64,000 nucleotides of DNA. It comes from Lachnospiraceae bacterium. GTDB lineage: Bacteria; Bacillota; Clostridia; Lachnospirales; Lachnospiraceae. Below are positions 29,461 through 40,430 of the stretch, piece after piece; position 1 is the first letter of the stretch; each line of letters opens with the position of its first letter. Position numbers and translations under genes: made by a program. Where the stretch lies: contig JAJQBK010000052.1 in NCBI GenBank assembly GCA_021203305.1, positions 10,937-74,936 on the forward strand. The letters run 5' to 3'. Under the pieces are notes generated by a model. That model did no database searches. It was not told where the DNA came from and was given only the letters and a program-made list of their open reading frames with translations.

Positions 29461-30213
29461 TCACTCCCACTCCAGCTCCACCGGGCAATGATCCGACCCG
29501 AAAATCTCCGTATGGATAGACGCGCCCTTCATTCTCTCCTTCGCGTTCTCCGACACCAGGAAATAGTCGATGCGCCACCCCGCGTTCGTCTCCCGGGCGC
29601 GGCGGCGGTAGCTCCACCAGCTGTATACCCCCTCCGTGTCCGGATAGAAACAGCGGTAGCTGTCCACAAAACCACTGTCCAGAAGCTGGGTCATCTTGCC
29701 CCGCTCCTCATCGGTAAAACCGGCGTTTTGGTGGTTGGTCTTCGGATTTTTCAGGTCGATCTCCTGATGGGCCACATTCATGTCGCCGCAAACGATCACT
29801 CCCTTCTTCTCTGTCAGCTGATGTAAATAAGCCCGGAAGGCGTCCTCCCACCGCATGCGGTAATCCAGCCTGGCAAGCCCGTCCTGAGAATTGGGCGTAT
29901 AAACCGTCACCAGATAAAAATCCGGATATTCCAGAGTAATCACCCTGCCCTCCTGGTCATGCTCTTCTATTCCCAAGCCCTTTACCACGCTCTGCGGCTC
30001 TTTCTTAGCAAAGACTGCAGTGCCGGAATACCCCTTTTTTTCAGCGTAATTCCAGTACTGATGATAGCCCGGCAGATCCAGCTTAATCTGCCCCGCCTGC
30101 AGCTTTGTCTCCTGCAGGCAGAAAAAGTCCGCGTCAAGCTTCGCAAAGTCCTCCATAAAATTCTTGCCCACGCAGGCCCGCAGGCCGTTTACATTCCAGG
30201 AAATAAACTTCAT
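29461..30213 (-). CDS. xth: Exodeoxyribonuclease III
   Basis: MKFISWNVNGLRA, CLQETK and SDHCPV motifs. Confidence 0.95.
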   Translation of the reverse strand: MKFISWNVNGLRACVGKNFMEDFAKLDADFFCLQETKLQAGQIKLDLPGYHQYWNYAEKKGYSGTAVFAKKEPQSVVKGLGIEEHDQEGRVITLEYPDFYLVTVYTPNSQDGLARLDYRMRWEDAFRAYLHQLTEKKGVIVCGDMNVAHQEIDLKNPKTNHQNAGFTDEERGKMTQLLDSGFVDSYRCFYPDTEGVYSWWSYRRRARETNAGWRIDYFLVSENAKERMKGASIHTEIFGSDHCPVELEWE

Positions 30214-30384
30214 AATGTATGGTACTCGCTTTCTTTTTGTTTGTTCTCTTTCTGCTTCACAAGTCTACCTGAATGTTCAGGATTTGGCAAGTGTTATTAT
30301 AAAATGCACCATGAAACATTGCTGCCATAATCACGATTTTTTGCGGCGCAGCATATAAGCTCTGATTTGAAATGGGCAAGCATA

Positions 30385-30432
30385 CAAAAAAAGTAACTGT
30401 CCTCAGCCAGAAAACTGAACAGTTACTTTTTA
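30385..30432 (-). terminator. Bidirectional hairpin terminator downstream of tRNA-Ala
   Basis: 9-bp stem AGTAACTGT / ACAGTTACT flanked by an A-run and a T-run. Confidence 0.6.
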
Positions 30433-30492
30433 TAACTCAATGAATTTCGAGGTGTTCGTCTTCTTTCGGCAACACCTTTCAATCATAATAAG

Positions 30493-30565
30493 TGGACCAT
30501 AGGGGGATCGAACCCCTGACCTCCAGATTGCGAACCTGGCGCTCTCCCAGCTGAGCTAATAGCCC
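30493..30565 (-). tRNA. tRNA-Ala (anticodon CGC)
   Basis: Reverse complement is GGGCTAT-TA-GCTCAGCTGGGAGAGC-G-CCAGG-TTCGCAA-TCTGG-AGGTC-AGGGGTTCGATCCCCT-ATGGTCC-A. The G3:U70 identity pair is present. 73 nt, CCA not encoded. Confidence 0.9.
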
Positions 30566-30723
30566 CTGACAGAACTATATACTACCACAATCTGAAAAAA
30601 TTGCAAGAGAAAATTTGAAAAAATCAAAAAAGCTATTCCCTTTTTCTTTTATTATGATAGAATACCCGTAGCCGCCAGCCTGCGGCATGCTTCGACGGCA
30701 GACGACCCAATTATTTTCTATGA

Positions 30724-32262
<1,539 letters not shown>

Positions 32263-32337
32263 ATACACAGCTATGAGCAGAATTTAATGTGCTGGCGAAA
32301 CAAACTCATCGAAAACTGCATAAGAAATAAAAACAAA

Positions 32338-32378
32338 CAGGAGGCTGACGCTCAACTGGTCTGCCTCCTGACTTTTTA
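32338..32378 (+). terminator. Rho-independent terminator of abfA
   Basis: CAGGAGGC / GCCTCCTG stem followed by ACTTTTT. Confidence 0.65.
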
Positions 32379-32460
32379 ATTTTCTGCTGACTACCGCTAT
32401 TGCTTTTATATTAACCACGACTTCTGTATATTTTTCATGCTAAAAGCGAACAAGACTTTT

Positions 32461-33480
32461 TCAGTGTTCCCTCTTCCCCGGCAGCTGCACCAGAATAATC
32501 GCCATGAACATGATCCCGCAGCCCAGAAGCTCCTGCCCGGACAGGCTCTGGCGCAAAATCACCCAGCCCGCCAGCAGGGAAATCACCGATTCCAGGCTTA
32601 AAATCAGGGAGGCCACCGTGGGATTCATGCTCCTCTGCCCCACAATCTGTAAAGTATAGGCCACGCCGCAGGACATGACGCCCGCATACAAAATCGGCAG
32701 CCAGGCCGCCAGAATCTGCGAAACCTGCGGCGTCTCAAAGAGCAGCATACAAAAGCAGGAAATCACCCCACAGGTAAAAAACTGAATGCAGGACATTTTC
32801 ACGCCGTCCACCAACGGCGTGAAATGATCAATGACCAGAATATGAAAGGAAAAAGCCACCGCACACAAAAGCAGCAGAGCATCCCCCATATTCACCGCCA
32901 GACTGTCCCCTGTCATACACAGCAGATACAGGCCCGCAATGGCCATGGCGACCGCAGCCCAAACCCGCAGACCCGTTTTCTGGTGCAGGAATATGCCGAA
33001 AATCGGTACCAGCACAATATACATGGCGGTGATAAAACCCGCTTTCCCAACAGAGGTGTACTGAATGCCGAACTGCTGCAGACTGGACGCAATAAAGAGG
33101 ATGACGCCGCAGCTGACGCCGCCTGTCAGCAGATTTTTGCGCGTATTCGATTCTCTAGACTGCGCTTTCTGATTGTTTACAAAAGCCCTTTCACCCTCCG
33201 GCTCATGCTCATTATCCGCGAATACCGCAGCTGACTCTCGCTCATTATCCGCGAATACCGCAGCTGATTTTCCAGTGAAGCCTTCGTTGTTCTTTTGATT
33301 TATTTTTTTCAGCAAAAAAATCACCGGCACCAGCACTGCCGCCCCGATCAGATTTCTCACCGCGTTAAAAGTAAAGGGCTGGACATAGTCCATCCCCACA
33401 CTCTGCGCCACAAACGCGACGCCCCAGATTGCGGCAGTCAAAAGCAAAAGCAGAGACTGCCTGATTGTAAATTTATTCAT
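32461..33480 (-). CDS. EamA/DMT superfamily transporter
   Basis: Two 5-TM EamA halves joined by an unusually long loop that contains an in-frame duplication. Confidence 0.85.
   Translation of the reverse strand: MNKFTIRQSLLLLLTAAIWGVAFVAQSVGMDYVQPFTFNAVRNLIGAAVLVPVIFLLKKINQKNNEGFTGKSAAVFADNERESAAVFADNEHEPEGERAFVNNQKAQSRESNTRKNLLTGGVSCGVILFIASSLQQFGIQYTSVGKAGFITAMYIVLVPIFGIFLHQKTGLRVWAAVAMAIAGLYLLCMTGDSLAVNMGDALLLLCAVAFSFHILVIDHFTPLVDGVKMSCIQFFTCGVISCFCMLLFETPQVSQILAAWLPILYAGVMSCGVAYTLQIVGQRSMNPTVASLILSLESVISLLAGWVILRQSLSGQELLGCGIMFMAIILVQLPGKREH
33207..33272 (-). repeat. In-frame 33-nt tandem duplication in the EamA inter-domain loop
   Basis: GCTCATTATCCGCGAATACCGCAGCTGA(C/T)T(C/T)TC twice, encoding SAAVFADNE(R/H)E twice. 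Confidence 0.85.
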
Positions 33481-33484
33481 AATG

Positions 33485-34243
33485 CTACAGCACGCTCCTT
33501 AAAAACTGCTGTGCCTGAGGGGTCCTGGGATTTCCAAACACCTCCTCGGGGGTGCCCTCCTCCAGAATCTGCCCATCCGCCATAAAGATCACCTTGTCCG
33601 CCACCTCTCTGGCAAAGCCCATCTCGTGAGTGACGCAGAGCATGGTCATGCCCTGATTGGCCAGATCCTTCATCACACTCAGGACCTCCCCCACCAGTTC
33701 CGGGTCCAGCGCCGAGGTAGGCTCATCGAAAAGCATCACCTTGGGCTCCATGGCCAGGGCTCTGGCGATGGCAACTCTCTGCTGCTGTCCGCCGGAGAGT
33801 CTGGAGGGATAGGCGTCCGCCTTATCCGACAGGCCGACCTTCTCTAACAGCTCCCGGGCCGTTTTTTCAGCCTCTTCCTTTTCCTTTTTACGCACATTCA
33901 CCGGCGCCAGCATGACATTCTCCAGCACCGTCAGATGCGGAAACAGATTGAACTGCTGAAACACCATCCCCATCTCCAGCAGCATTTCTGAGAATTTTTC
34001 CTTCTCCATTTTACTGACAGTTGCGTCATTTTCCCTGTGATAAAATAATTCATCCTCAATATAGATCTTGCCGCTGGTAATTTTTTCCAACGTATTCAGG
34101 GAACGCAGAAAAGTGGATTTGCCAGCGCCCGAGGGACCGATGATGACCACCACCTCGCCCTGCTCCACCGTCAGGTTCACATTTTTTAAGACCTTCAGCT
34201 CCCCGAAATCCTTACACACATTTTCCGTTCTGATCATGGACAT
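33485..34243 (-). CDS. Amino-acid ABC transporter ATP-binding protein
   Basis: Walker [10 protein letters not shown], signature [15 protein letters not shown] and Walker [12 protein letters not shown]. Start taken at MSMIRTENV (GAGGAG RBS); an upstream ATG at 34288 is possible. Confidence 0.92.
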   Translation of the reverse strand: MSMIRTENVCKDFGELKVLKNVNLTVEQGEVVVIIGPSGAGKSTFLRSLNTLEKITSGKIYIEDELFYHRENDATVSKMEKEKFSEMLLEMGMVFQQFNLFPHLTVLENVMLAPVNVRKKEKEEAEKTARELLEKVGLSDKADAYPSRLSGGQQQRVAIARALAMEPKVMLFDEPTSALDPELVGEVLSVMKDLANQGMTMLCVTHEMGFAREVADKVIFMADGQILEEGTPEEVFGNPRTPQAQQFLRSVL

Positions 34244-34426
34244 GACTTTCTTCTCCTCTTCCATTCCGGCGTATCCATCCTCTGCCATCTTTTCTGCGGC
34301 AACAGCTCACATTCCTTCAGGATCAGGCATTGTTACGACAGTTTCTCAGGAACTGTCACGAAATTATACGCTCACTCTGCACCGGCCAATACACGAACCG
34401 CGGGCCATAAAAGCCTCGCCGCAGCC

Positions 34427-35080
34427 CTACTGATAAACCGAATATTTATTCTCCAGCTTATTGAAAATAAAGGTGAAAAACGCTGTAATAATCAGATACA
34501 AAATCATGGCCGGTATGTAGACCAGAGCCGTGGCCGAAGATGAGGAAATCGCTCTGGTTACCTTGGTTAAGTCTGTCAGGCCGATGATGGCCACTAAAGA
34601 CACGTCCTTTAACACCATGATAAACTCATTTCCCACCGGAGGAATGAGCCGCCGCACCGTCTGAGGAATGATGACCAGGCGCATGGTCTGCCCATAGGTA
34701 AGCCCCAGCGCCCTGGACGCCTCAAACTGCCCCTTGTCAATGGACTGAATACCGGCTCGGATATTCTCCGCCAGATAGGCCGCCGTATTCAGCACATAGG
34801 CGATCAGCGCCGCCACAAAAGCGCTCCGGATCGTCAGCGCCGGATTTAACTGCGGCAGACCGAAATAAATGAAATAAATCTGCATCAGAAGCGGCGTCCC
34901 CCGGAAGAAAAAGATATACGCGCTGCAGGGCGCGCTCAGGATTTTGTGCTTCGACATCTTGCCCAGAGCAAGGAAAACAGCCAGTACCAGACCGATGCTG
35001 ACTGAAATAATCGTAATGATGATGGTGGTCCGGGCGCCGTTCAACAGCTGCGGCATCCAGCGTATGATTCTCTCTATCAT
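34427..35080 (-). CDS. Amino-acid ABC transporter permease (His/Glu/Gln/Arg/opine family)
   Basis: EAA-loop region (SIDKGQFEASRALGLTYGQTMRLVIIPQ) and 5 TM segments. Confidence 0.9.
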   Translation of the reverse strand: MIERIIRWMPQLLNGARTTIIITIISVSIGLVLAVFLALGKMSKHKILSAPCSAYIFFFRGTPLLMQIYFIYFGLPQLNPALTIRSAFVAALIAYVLNTAAYLAENIRAGIQSIDKGQFEASRALGLTYGQTMRLVIIPQTVRRLIPPVGNEFIMVLKDVSLVAIIGLTDLTKVTRAISSSSATALVYIPAMILYLIITAFFTFIFNKLENKYSVYQ

Positions 35081-35167
35081 GTTCCCTGATTTCCTCAAAT
35101 TCTTCTGTAAAATCTACATTTGCTCATTCCCCCGCGAGGCTCAAGCCCCGCGGGGTATATACTGCTT

Positions 35168-36010
35168 TTACTCCACTCCGAAGCCTTCCGCCAGCCCTTC
35201 GATCACATCCTCCGTGCCAAAGTATTTCACCGCCAGTTCAGCCATGGTGTCGTTCTCAAACAGCGCCGCCATACCTTCGTTGATCTTCTCCGCCAGCGCG
35301 TCGTTGCCCTGCTTCATACAGATAACGATAGGCTCCTTCTCCTCCGACTGCCATACCGTCTTGTAATCGCTGGCGGCATCGCCCAGATAATAAGAAGCCA
35401 CAACAGAGTCTGTGCAGACTGCGTCCACACGTCCGGCCTTGATCTCGTCGAAGGCGTTGATCGCCTTCTCATACTGTCTTAAATCCGTATCCAGGCCGTC
35501 CGCTATATAATCCTGAATCAGATAATCCGCCGTAGTCTCCATCTGTACCGCCACGGATTTGCCCTCCAGATCCATCACATCCGCGATCTCGGAATCGTTG
35601 GGAACCACAATCACCGGCGCGTTGGCCACATAGGGAGAAGAAAGCAGATAATTGCTGTTTCTGTCCTCCGTATAGGAAACACTGGAAATAATGCAGTCAT
35701 ATTTGTCCGTGGTCACACCCGCGAAAATGCCGTCCCAGGCCGTATCCACTAGCTCCAGCTCCAGGCCAAGCTCCGCCGCCAGCGCGGTTGCCACCTCCAC
35801 ATCAAAGCCGATGGGGGTTGCGCCGTCCTCATCAAAATACTCCATTGGCGGATAGCCAATCTCCAGGCCCACCATCAGCGTGCCGGACTTGATGGTATAC
35901 TCGCTGCTCTCCTCAGCACTCTCCGCCGTTTCCGAACCGGAGCCGCAGCCGCTGAGCATGGCCATTGCCGTCATAGTGGCCAGAACCGCCGACAAAATTC
36001 TCTTTTTCAT
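35168..36010 (-). CDS. Amino-acid ABC transporter substrate-binding lipoprotein
   Basis: Lipobox LSGC. Family 3 SBP fold features (GLEIGYPPMEYFDE, AWDGIFAG). Confidence 0.88.
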   Translation of the reverse strand: MKKRILSAVLATMTAMAMLSGCGSGSETAESAEESSEYTIKSGTLMVGLEIGYPPMEYFDEDGATPIGFDVEVATALAAELGLELELVDTAWDGIFAGVTTDKYDCIISSVSYTEDRNSNYLLSSPYVANAPVIVVPNDSEIADVMDLEGKSVAVQMETTADYLIQDYIADGLDTDLRQYEKAINAFDEIKAGRVDAVCTDSVVASYYLGDAASDYKTVWQSEEKEPIVICMKQGNDALAEKINEGMAALFENDTMAELAVKYFGTEDVIEGLAEGFGVE

Positions 36011-36040
36011 TTTTACTCCTCCTCTCGATATTCAGGCATG

Positions 36041-36073
36041 AAAAAAGGCGGTCACCCTCTTAATGGGACCACC
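36041..36073 (-). terminator. Intrinsic terminator-like hairpin about 30 nt upstream of the ABC operon start (attenuator, or hisA-like terminator)
   Basis: Minus strand GGTGGTC-CCATTAAGAGGGT-GACCGCC followed by TTTTTT, and then the GAGGAGG RBS. Confidence 0.45.
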
Positions 36074-36179
36074 TTGTCTCGAACACTATTTATACCACGA
36101 TATTCCATTTTATGCAAGCATTTTTTGAATAAAATCTGCAATAAAATCTGCATATTTTGTTATTGCTTATGACTTGTCA

Positions 36180-36197
36180 AGTGAACGCATGTTCACT
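36180..36197. promoter_or_regulatory. Perfect 7-bp inverted repeat, AGTGAAC-GCAT-GTTCACT, abutting a TTGACA box
   Basis: Seen directly in the sequence. On the minus strand it is immediately followed by TTGACA. Could be an operator or a hairpin. Confidence 0.35.
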
Positions 36198-36223
36198 TTG
36201 TGGGCTGCGTCTCTAACCTCAAG

Positions 36224-37009
36224 CTACGCTTCGCTTGCTTTCGCTAAGAGAACACATGTTTCAAACTCCATCTTTCCCCCGAAAATATCCAGCGCGCTTC
36301 CGATAGTCACATCCACCCTGCCCCTGCCCGCCTTTCTTAATTTTTCCAGATCCGCGTAATCATGAACGCCCCCCGCGTAGGTGACAGGCTTTTTGCCCCA
36401 GCTTCCCAGGAGCGCGGCCACGTTCTCCTCAATGCCGGAGGCCTTTCCCTCCACATCCACCGCGTGAACCAGAAATTCATCGCAGTATTCCGCCAGCATA
36501 TCCAATGTTTCTTCATTTAGTATGGTATCCGTCACGTTCTGCCAGCGGTCGGTGACAATGCGGTAACAGCCGCCGATTTTTTTGCAGGACAAATCCAGCA
36601 CCAGACGCTCCTTTCCCACGGCGGAACTGATTTCCTTCAGCCTGTCCATCTGAATTTTTCCCTGTGAAAAAACGTAGGATGTGACAATCACATGGCTGGC
36701 GCCGGCGTCCAGAAACTCCCCGGCATTTTCAGGATTAATGCCGCCGCCCGCCTGCAGACCGCCGGGATAGGCCCGCAGAGCCGCAAGCGCCTGGGACTTT
36801 GTCGCCTCGTAATATTCGCTGTCCCGGGCATTCAACATAATCACATGACCGCCTTTTAAATGATAAGAGGCGTACAGCCTGGCAAAATCCGCCGCGGAGC
36901 GCTCACTGACAAAATTTTCCAGCGCCTGATTTTTTTCATCCTTCAGGCTGCCGCCCACGATCTGCTTTACTTTACCGTTATGTATATCGATGCATGGTCT
37001 GAATTGCAT
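36224..37009 (-). CDS. HisA-like (eukaryotic-type) ProFAR isomerase family protein
   Basis: MQFRPCIDIHNGKVKQIVGGSL.. and a (beta/alpha)8 HisA/HisF-like C-terminal GG..V motif. GGAGG RBS before the ATG at 37009. No other his genes in the window. Confidence 0.7.
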   Translation of the reverse strand: MQFRPCIDIHNGKVKQIVGGSLKDEKNQALENFVSERSAADFARLYASYHLKGGHVIMLNARDSEYYEATKSQALAALRAYPGGLQAGGGINPENAGEFLDAGASHVIVTSYVFSQGKIQMDRLKEISSAVGKERLVLDLSCKKIGGCYRIVTDRWQNVTDTILNEETLDMLAEYCDEFLVHAVDVEGKASGIEENVAALLGSWGKKPVTYAGGVHDYADLEKLRKAGRGRVDVTIGSALDIFGGKMEFETCVLLAKASEA

Positions 37010-37196
37010 GTTCTTTCCTCCGTATATTCCCCGCCGGACGGCACATACTAACGATTGTACAGGATTACTTTTCACAGCTGTCATTCCAGGCAAAATTCAT
37101 TTTCAGCAAAGTGTTATTTCTGCATATACAAGTGAATGTGACTGTGAACCGTAATCTCACAAAATCAGTTTTATTATGTACAAAATGGAGGGAATT

Positions 37197-37805
37197 ATGA
37201 AAAAAAATAATAAAAAGCACAGGCTGTATGTGCCCGTGCTGGCGCTTGCCCTGTCTGTGGCTCTGATCGGCTGCGGCAGAAATTCCACCACCGATAACAC
37301 AAGCTCCGATTCCGGTTACGTGGACGATAGCACGACCGACGGCAGCTCGTCCAATACGGATAACGCAGCCGGCGACAGCGGCATGCTGGATGATGATACC
37401 CTGAATGGAGACGACAATTCCTTAAATGAAAATCAGACTGGAACCGGCGACTCCAACGGCGTTCTCGGTGACGGCCTGGATGATGTGGCGGACGGCGCCG
37501 AGGATATCGTGGGCGGTGTGGATGACGCCATCGACGATGTGGGAGACGCTCTGGACGACGCCTTCGACGGCAGCGGCTCTTCCACAAACGGCACGACCGG
37601 CAGTACCGGCTCAACCGCCAATAGCAACAGCGGAACTGCCAGCAACACCGGCTCAGCCGCTAATGGCAACAGCGGAACTGCCAGCAGTACCGGCTCAGCC
37701 GCAAACAACAATGGTACGATCAACGGCACCGGTTCAACCGCAAACAGCTATAACGGCACAACCGGCTCTCTCACAGGCGCCAGCTCTGCTGGCAGGACCT
37801 CATAA
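37197..37805 (+). CDS. Low-complexity secreted lipoprotein (D/N/S/T/G-rich with tandem repeats)
   Basis: Lipobox LIGC after a signal peptide. Repeats of NSGTAS(N/S)TGSAAN(G/N)N. Confidence 0.6.
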   Translation: MKKNNKKHRLYVPVLALALSVALIGCGRNSTTDNTSSDSGYVDDSTTDGSSSNTDNAAGDSGMLDDDTLNGDDNSLNENQTGTGDSNGVLGDGLDDVADGAEDIVGGVDDAIDDVGDALDDAFDGSGSSTNGTTGSTGSTANSNSGTASNTGSAANGNSGTASSTGSAANNNGTINGTGSTANSYNGTTGSLTGASSAGRTS

Positions 37806-37840
37806 AAGGGAAGGGGCTTAAAGCCCCTGTCCCTTGTTGT
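37806..37840. terminator. Bidirectional terminator between the lipoprotein gene and dapB
   Basis: AAGGGAAGGGGC-TTAAA-GCCCCTGTCCCTT hairpin. Confidence 0.6.
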
Positions 37841-37937
37841 TCCATATATTATTCCCGCGTTTTCGATCCTTTTATCCATCAAGCCATATGTCACGCCGCA
37901 TATTCAACTCATGTCCTGCCGCATATCCGGCTTTCGT

Positions 37938-38693
37938 TCACCCGATCACATCGCTCATGTCATACCTTCCCGCCGGTTTTCCCGCCAGAAATCTGGCCGC
38001 TTCCAATGCTCCTTTGGCAAAAACACCTCTGGAATAAGCGGAATGGCTGAAGGTAATCACCTCATCCGTCCCCGCGAAAATCACATCATGGTCTCCCACA
38101 ATCGTGCCGCCCCTGACAGCGGAAATGCCAATCTCCTTCGTCGGACGCTTCTGTCTGCGGCCGCTTCTGTCATATACATACTCATATTCCTGCCCGCAGC
38201 TGTCGTTGACCGCGTCCGCCAGTGCCAGAGCCGTGCCGCTGGGCGCGTCCAGCTTCTGATTGTGATGCCGTTCAACAATCTCAATGTCATAGCCGGCCTC
38301 AGAAAGCTTCGGCGAAACCTCCTTCAGCAGCTTCAATAACAGGTTGATACCCACGGACATATTGGCGCTTCTTAAGATGGCCGTCTCTTTGGCCGCCTCC
38401 TCCACCTTCGCAAGCTGCGCCTCGCTTAAGCCTGTGGTGCAGAGCACGCAGGGGAGCTTTTTGGCCGTGCAGTAATCCAGCAGTCCGTCCACCGCGGAGG
38501 CACTGGAAAAATCAATGATCACATCCGCCGGAATATCACAGTCGGCGATGCCTGTAAACACGGGATAGCCGTTTTTCCGCTCCCCGGTGACGTCCACGCC
38601 CGCCACGATCTCCATGGCTTCCTCCTGTGCGGCAAGAGAGGTGATAAACTGCCCCATTCTGCCGTTGCAGCCATGCATTATAATCCTGATCAT
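37938..38693 (-). CDS. dapB: 4-hydroxy-tetrahydrodipicolinate reductase
   Basis: GCNGRMG NAD(P)-binding N-terminus and the ERHHNQKLDAPSGTA motif. Confidence 0.95.
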   Translation of the reverse strand: MIRIIMHGCNGRMGQFITSLAAQEEAMEIVAGVDVTGERKNGYPVFTGIADCDIPADVIIDFSSASAVDGLLDYCTAKKLPCVLCTTGLSEAQLAKVEEAAKETAILRSANMSVGINLLLKLLKEVSPKLSEAGYDIEIVERHHNQKLDAPSGTALALADAVNDSCGQEYEYVYDRSGRRQKRPTKEIGISAVRGGTIVGDHDVIFAGTDEVITFSHSAYSRGVFAKGALEAARFLAGKPAGRYDMSDVIG

Positions 38694-39583
38694 GCCATTC
38701 CCTCGATTCCGTACTCGGCCATCGCCTTCTTCAGCCGCTCCTGATTGGCCTCCTCCATGACAGTCATGGGAAGTCTCAGCACGTTTTTGCCAAGGCCGAT
38801 GTAGCTGGCCGCGCTCTTAACCGGAATGGGGTTGACCTCGCAGAACAAGGCGTCCACCAGCGGCAGGGCGCGAAGCTGCTCTCTGGCGCTCTCCTCCACC
38901 TTCCCGTCAAAGTAAAGCTGGCAGATATCGTGTGTCTGCTTCGGAGCAATGTTGCTTAAAACGGAGATCACGCCCTTGCCTCCCAAGGAAAGAATGGGCA
39001 CGATCTGGTCGTCATTGCCGGAATAAATATCCATCTGTCCATCGGTCAGCTGGGCGATATGGGCCACCTGGGAAATATTGCCGCTGGCTTCCTTCACTGC
39101 CACAATATTGTCCACATCGTGGAACAGCCTGGCAACGGTAGCCGGCGCGATATTGACGCCGGTGCGCCCCTGAATATTGTATAAAATCACCGGAATATGG
39201 ATGCTGTCCGCGATGGTCTTGAAATGAGTGTACAGACCGTTCTGGGTGGCCTTATTGTAATAAGGGCTGACCAGCAGAACGCCGTCCGCTCCCATTTTCT
39301 CCGCCTCCTGTGACAGATACACCGCTGTCTCCGTGCAGTTGGAGCCGGTTCCGGCCACCACCGGGATCCTGCCCGCCACCTGTTTGATACAGAAACCGAC
39401 CACCTCCAGATGCTCCTCATGGCTCAGCGTACTGGCCTCGCCTGTGGTCCCGCATACGATAATGGCGTCCGTGCCGTTCGCGATCTGGAACTCGATCAGC
39501 CTGGCAAAGCTCTCATAATCAACGCTGCCATCCTCGTGAAACGGAGTGATGATCGCCACACCTGCTCCCTTAAATATCGACAT
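38690..39583 (-). CDS. dapA: 4-hydroxy-tetrahydrodipicolinate synthase
   Basis: CGTTGE motif, a Schiff-base Lys region (VAVKEASG) and a 4-nt overlap with dapB. Confidence 0.95.
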   Translation of the reverse strand: MSIFKGAGVAIITPFHEDGSVDYESFARLIEFQIANGTDAIIVCGTTGEASTLSHEEHLEVVGFCIKQVAGRIPVVAGTGSNCTETAVYLSQEAEKMGADGVLLVSPYYNKATQNGLYTHFKTIADSIHIPVILYNIQGRTGVNIAPATVARLFHDVDNIVAVKEASGNISQVAHIAQLTDGQMDIYSGNDDQIVPILSLGGKGVISVLSNIAPKQTHDICQLYFDGKVEESAREQLRALPLVDALFCEVNPIPVKSAASYIGLGKNVLRLPMTVMEEANQERLKKAMAEYGIEGMA

Positions 39584-39746
39584 AATCCTGCCTCCAAAAT
39601 AATAAAAAATTTGTTTTATTTACGGCCTTCCGAAGCCTAAAAAACGCCTTCCGGGTCCATATATATCAAATAATATATGAACTCTCTTACGGCTTTCATT
39701 CTATCATTCCATAAAACAGGTGTCAACCGATGTTTTAAAGTTCTCG

Positions 39747-40430
39747 TTATTGGACAGTCATATTTCCGCGCGACTCATTCACAGCAGCCACCGCCTCCAC
39801 TCCTCCGCTCAGCACCTCCATCTTACTCACGCTCACCTCATACGCAATCCTCTTCTCCGTATGCTCCTCATCCAGCTTCTTCATATACTCCCGGCTCTGA
39901 ATCCGCCCCCAGACAGCCACCCGGTCGCCCACCTGAAAGGTCCCGGCATAGCGGGCGTTGCGCCCCCAGCTGATGCAGGGTATGTAGTCGCTCTTGCCGT
40001 AGGGCCTGTTGACCGCCAGCAAAAGATCCGCGATCTCCCGCCCCAGCGGCGTCTTGCGGTACACCGGCTCCTTGCAGATATAGCCGTCCAGATAGATCGC
40101 GTTGGTGCGGCTGCTCTCCTCCATCTGCTCCACGAACTCCGCCTCCCTGGCAAAGACGCTCAAAACCAGCCTGTTTTTTCTCTCATCGTGCCGGTTATAG
40201 GAGCGGAACTGCCCCTGCACCTTCAAAAGCCTCCCCCGGTAATCCTGACTGACATCGATAAGGCGCTCCGAGATCATGACCGGAATGGTGTCGCTGGACT
40301 CGCTGAGCCGCTCCACGCACAGCTCCACCATATAAAAGCCCTCCCCATAAATTTCATGGTTGTAGGTGAATGTGCTGACCACCCGCCCCATGACGGTTAC
40401 CTGATTATTGTCCAATCCTTTTTCTGTCAT
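39747..40430 (-). CDS. Tandem OB-fold single-stranded DNA-binding-like protein
   Basis: Two SSB-like OB segments (NQVTVMGRVV...QGQFRSY and NAIYLDGYICKEP...VWGRIQSREY). No acidic C-terminal tip. Confidence 0.6.
   Translation of the reverse strand: MTEKGLDNNQVTVMGRVVSTFTYNHEIYGEGFYMVELCVERLSESSDTIPVMISERLIDVSQDYRGRLLKVQGQFRSYNRHDERKNRLVLSVFAREAEFVEQMEESSRTNAIYLDGYICKEPVYRKTPLGREIADLLLAVNRPYGKSDYIPCISWGRNARYAGTFQVGDRVAVWGRIQSREYMKKLDEEHTEKRIAYEVSVSKMEVLSGGVEAVAAVNESRGNMTVQ

Noticed and set aside
34244-34426. Unusual gap of about 180 nt between the ABC permease and ATPase genes, as a possible hidden gene or RNA
   Set aside because: There is no ORF with an RBS. I found only a weak TATAAT and a 7-bp hairpin (GACAGTT/AACTGTC). 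The gap may simply reflect an alternative upstream ATG (34288) or an internal promoter, and the evidence is too thin to report.
39584-39746. Lysine riboswitch upstream of dapA
   Set aside because: The region is AT-rich, short and lacks the conserved L-box junction motifs. No convincing multi-stem fold was seen.
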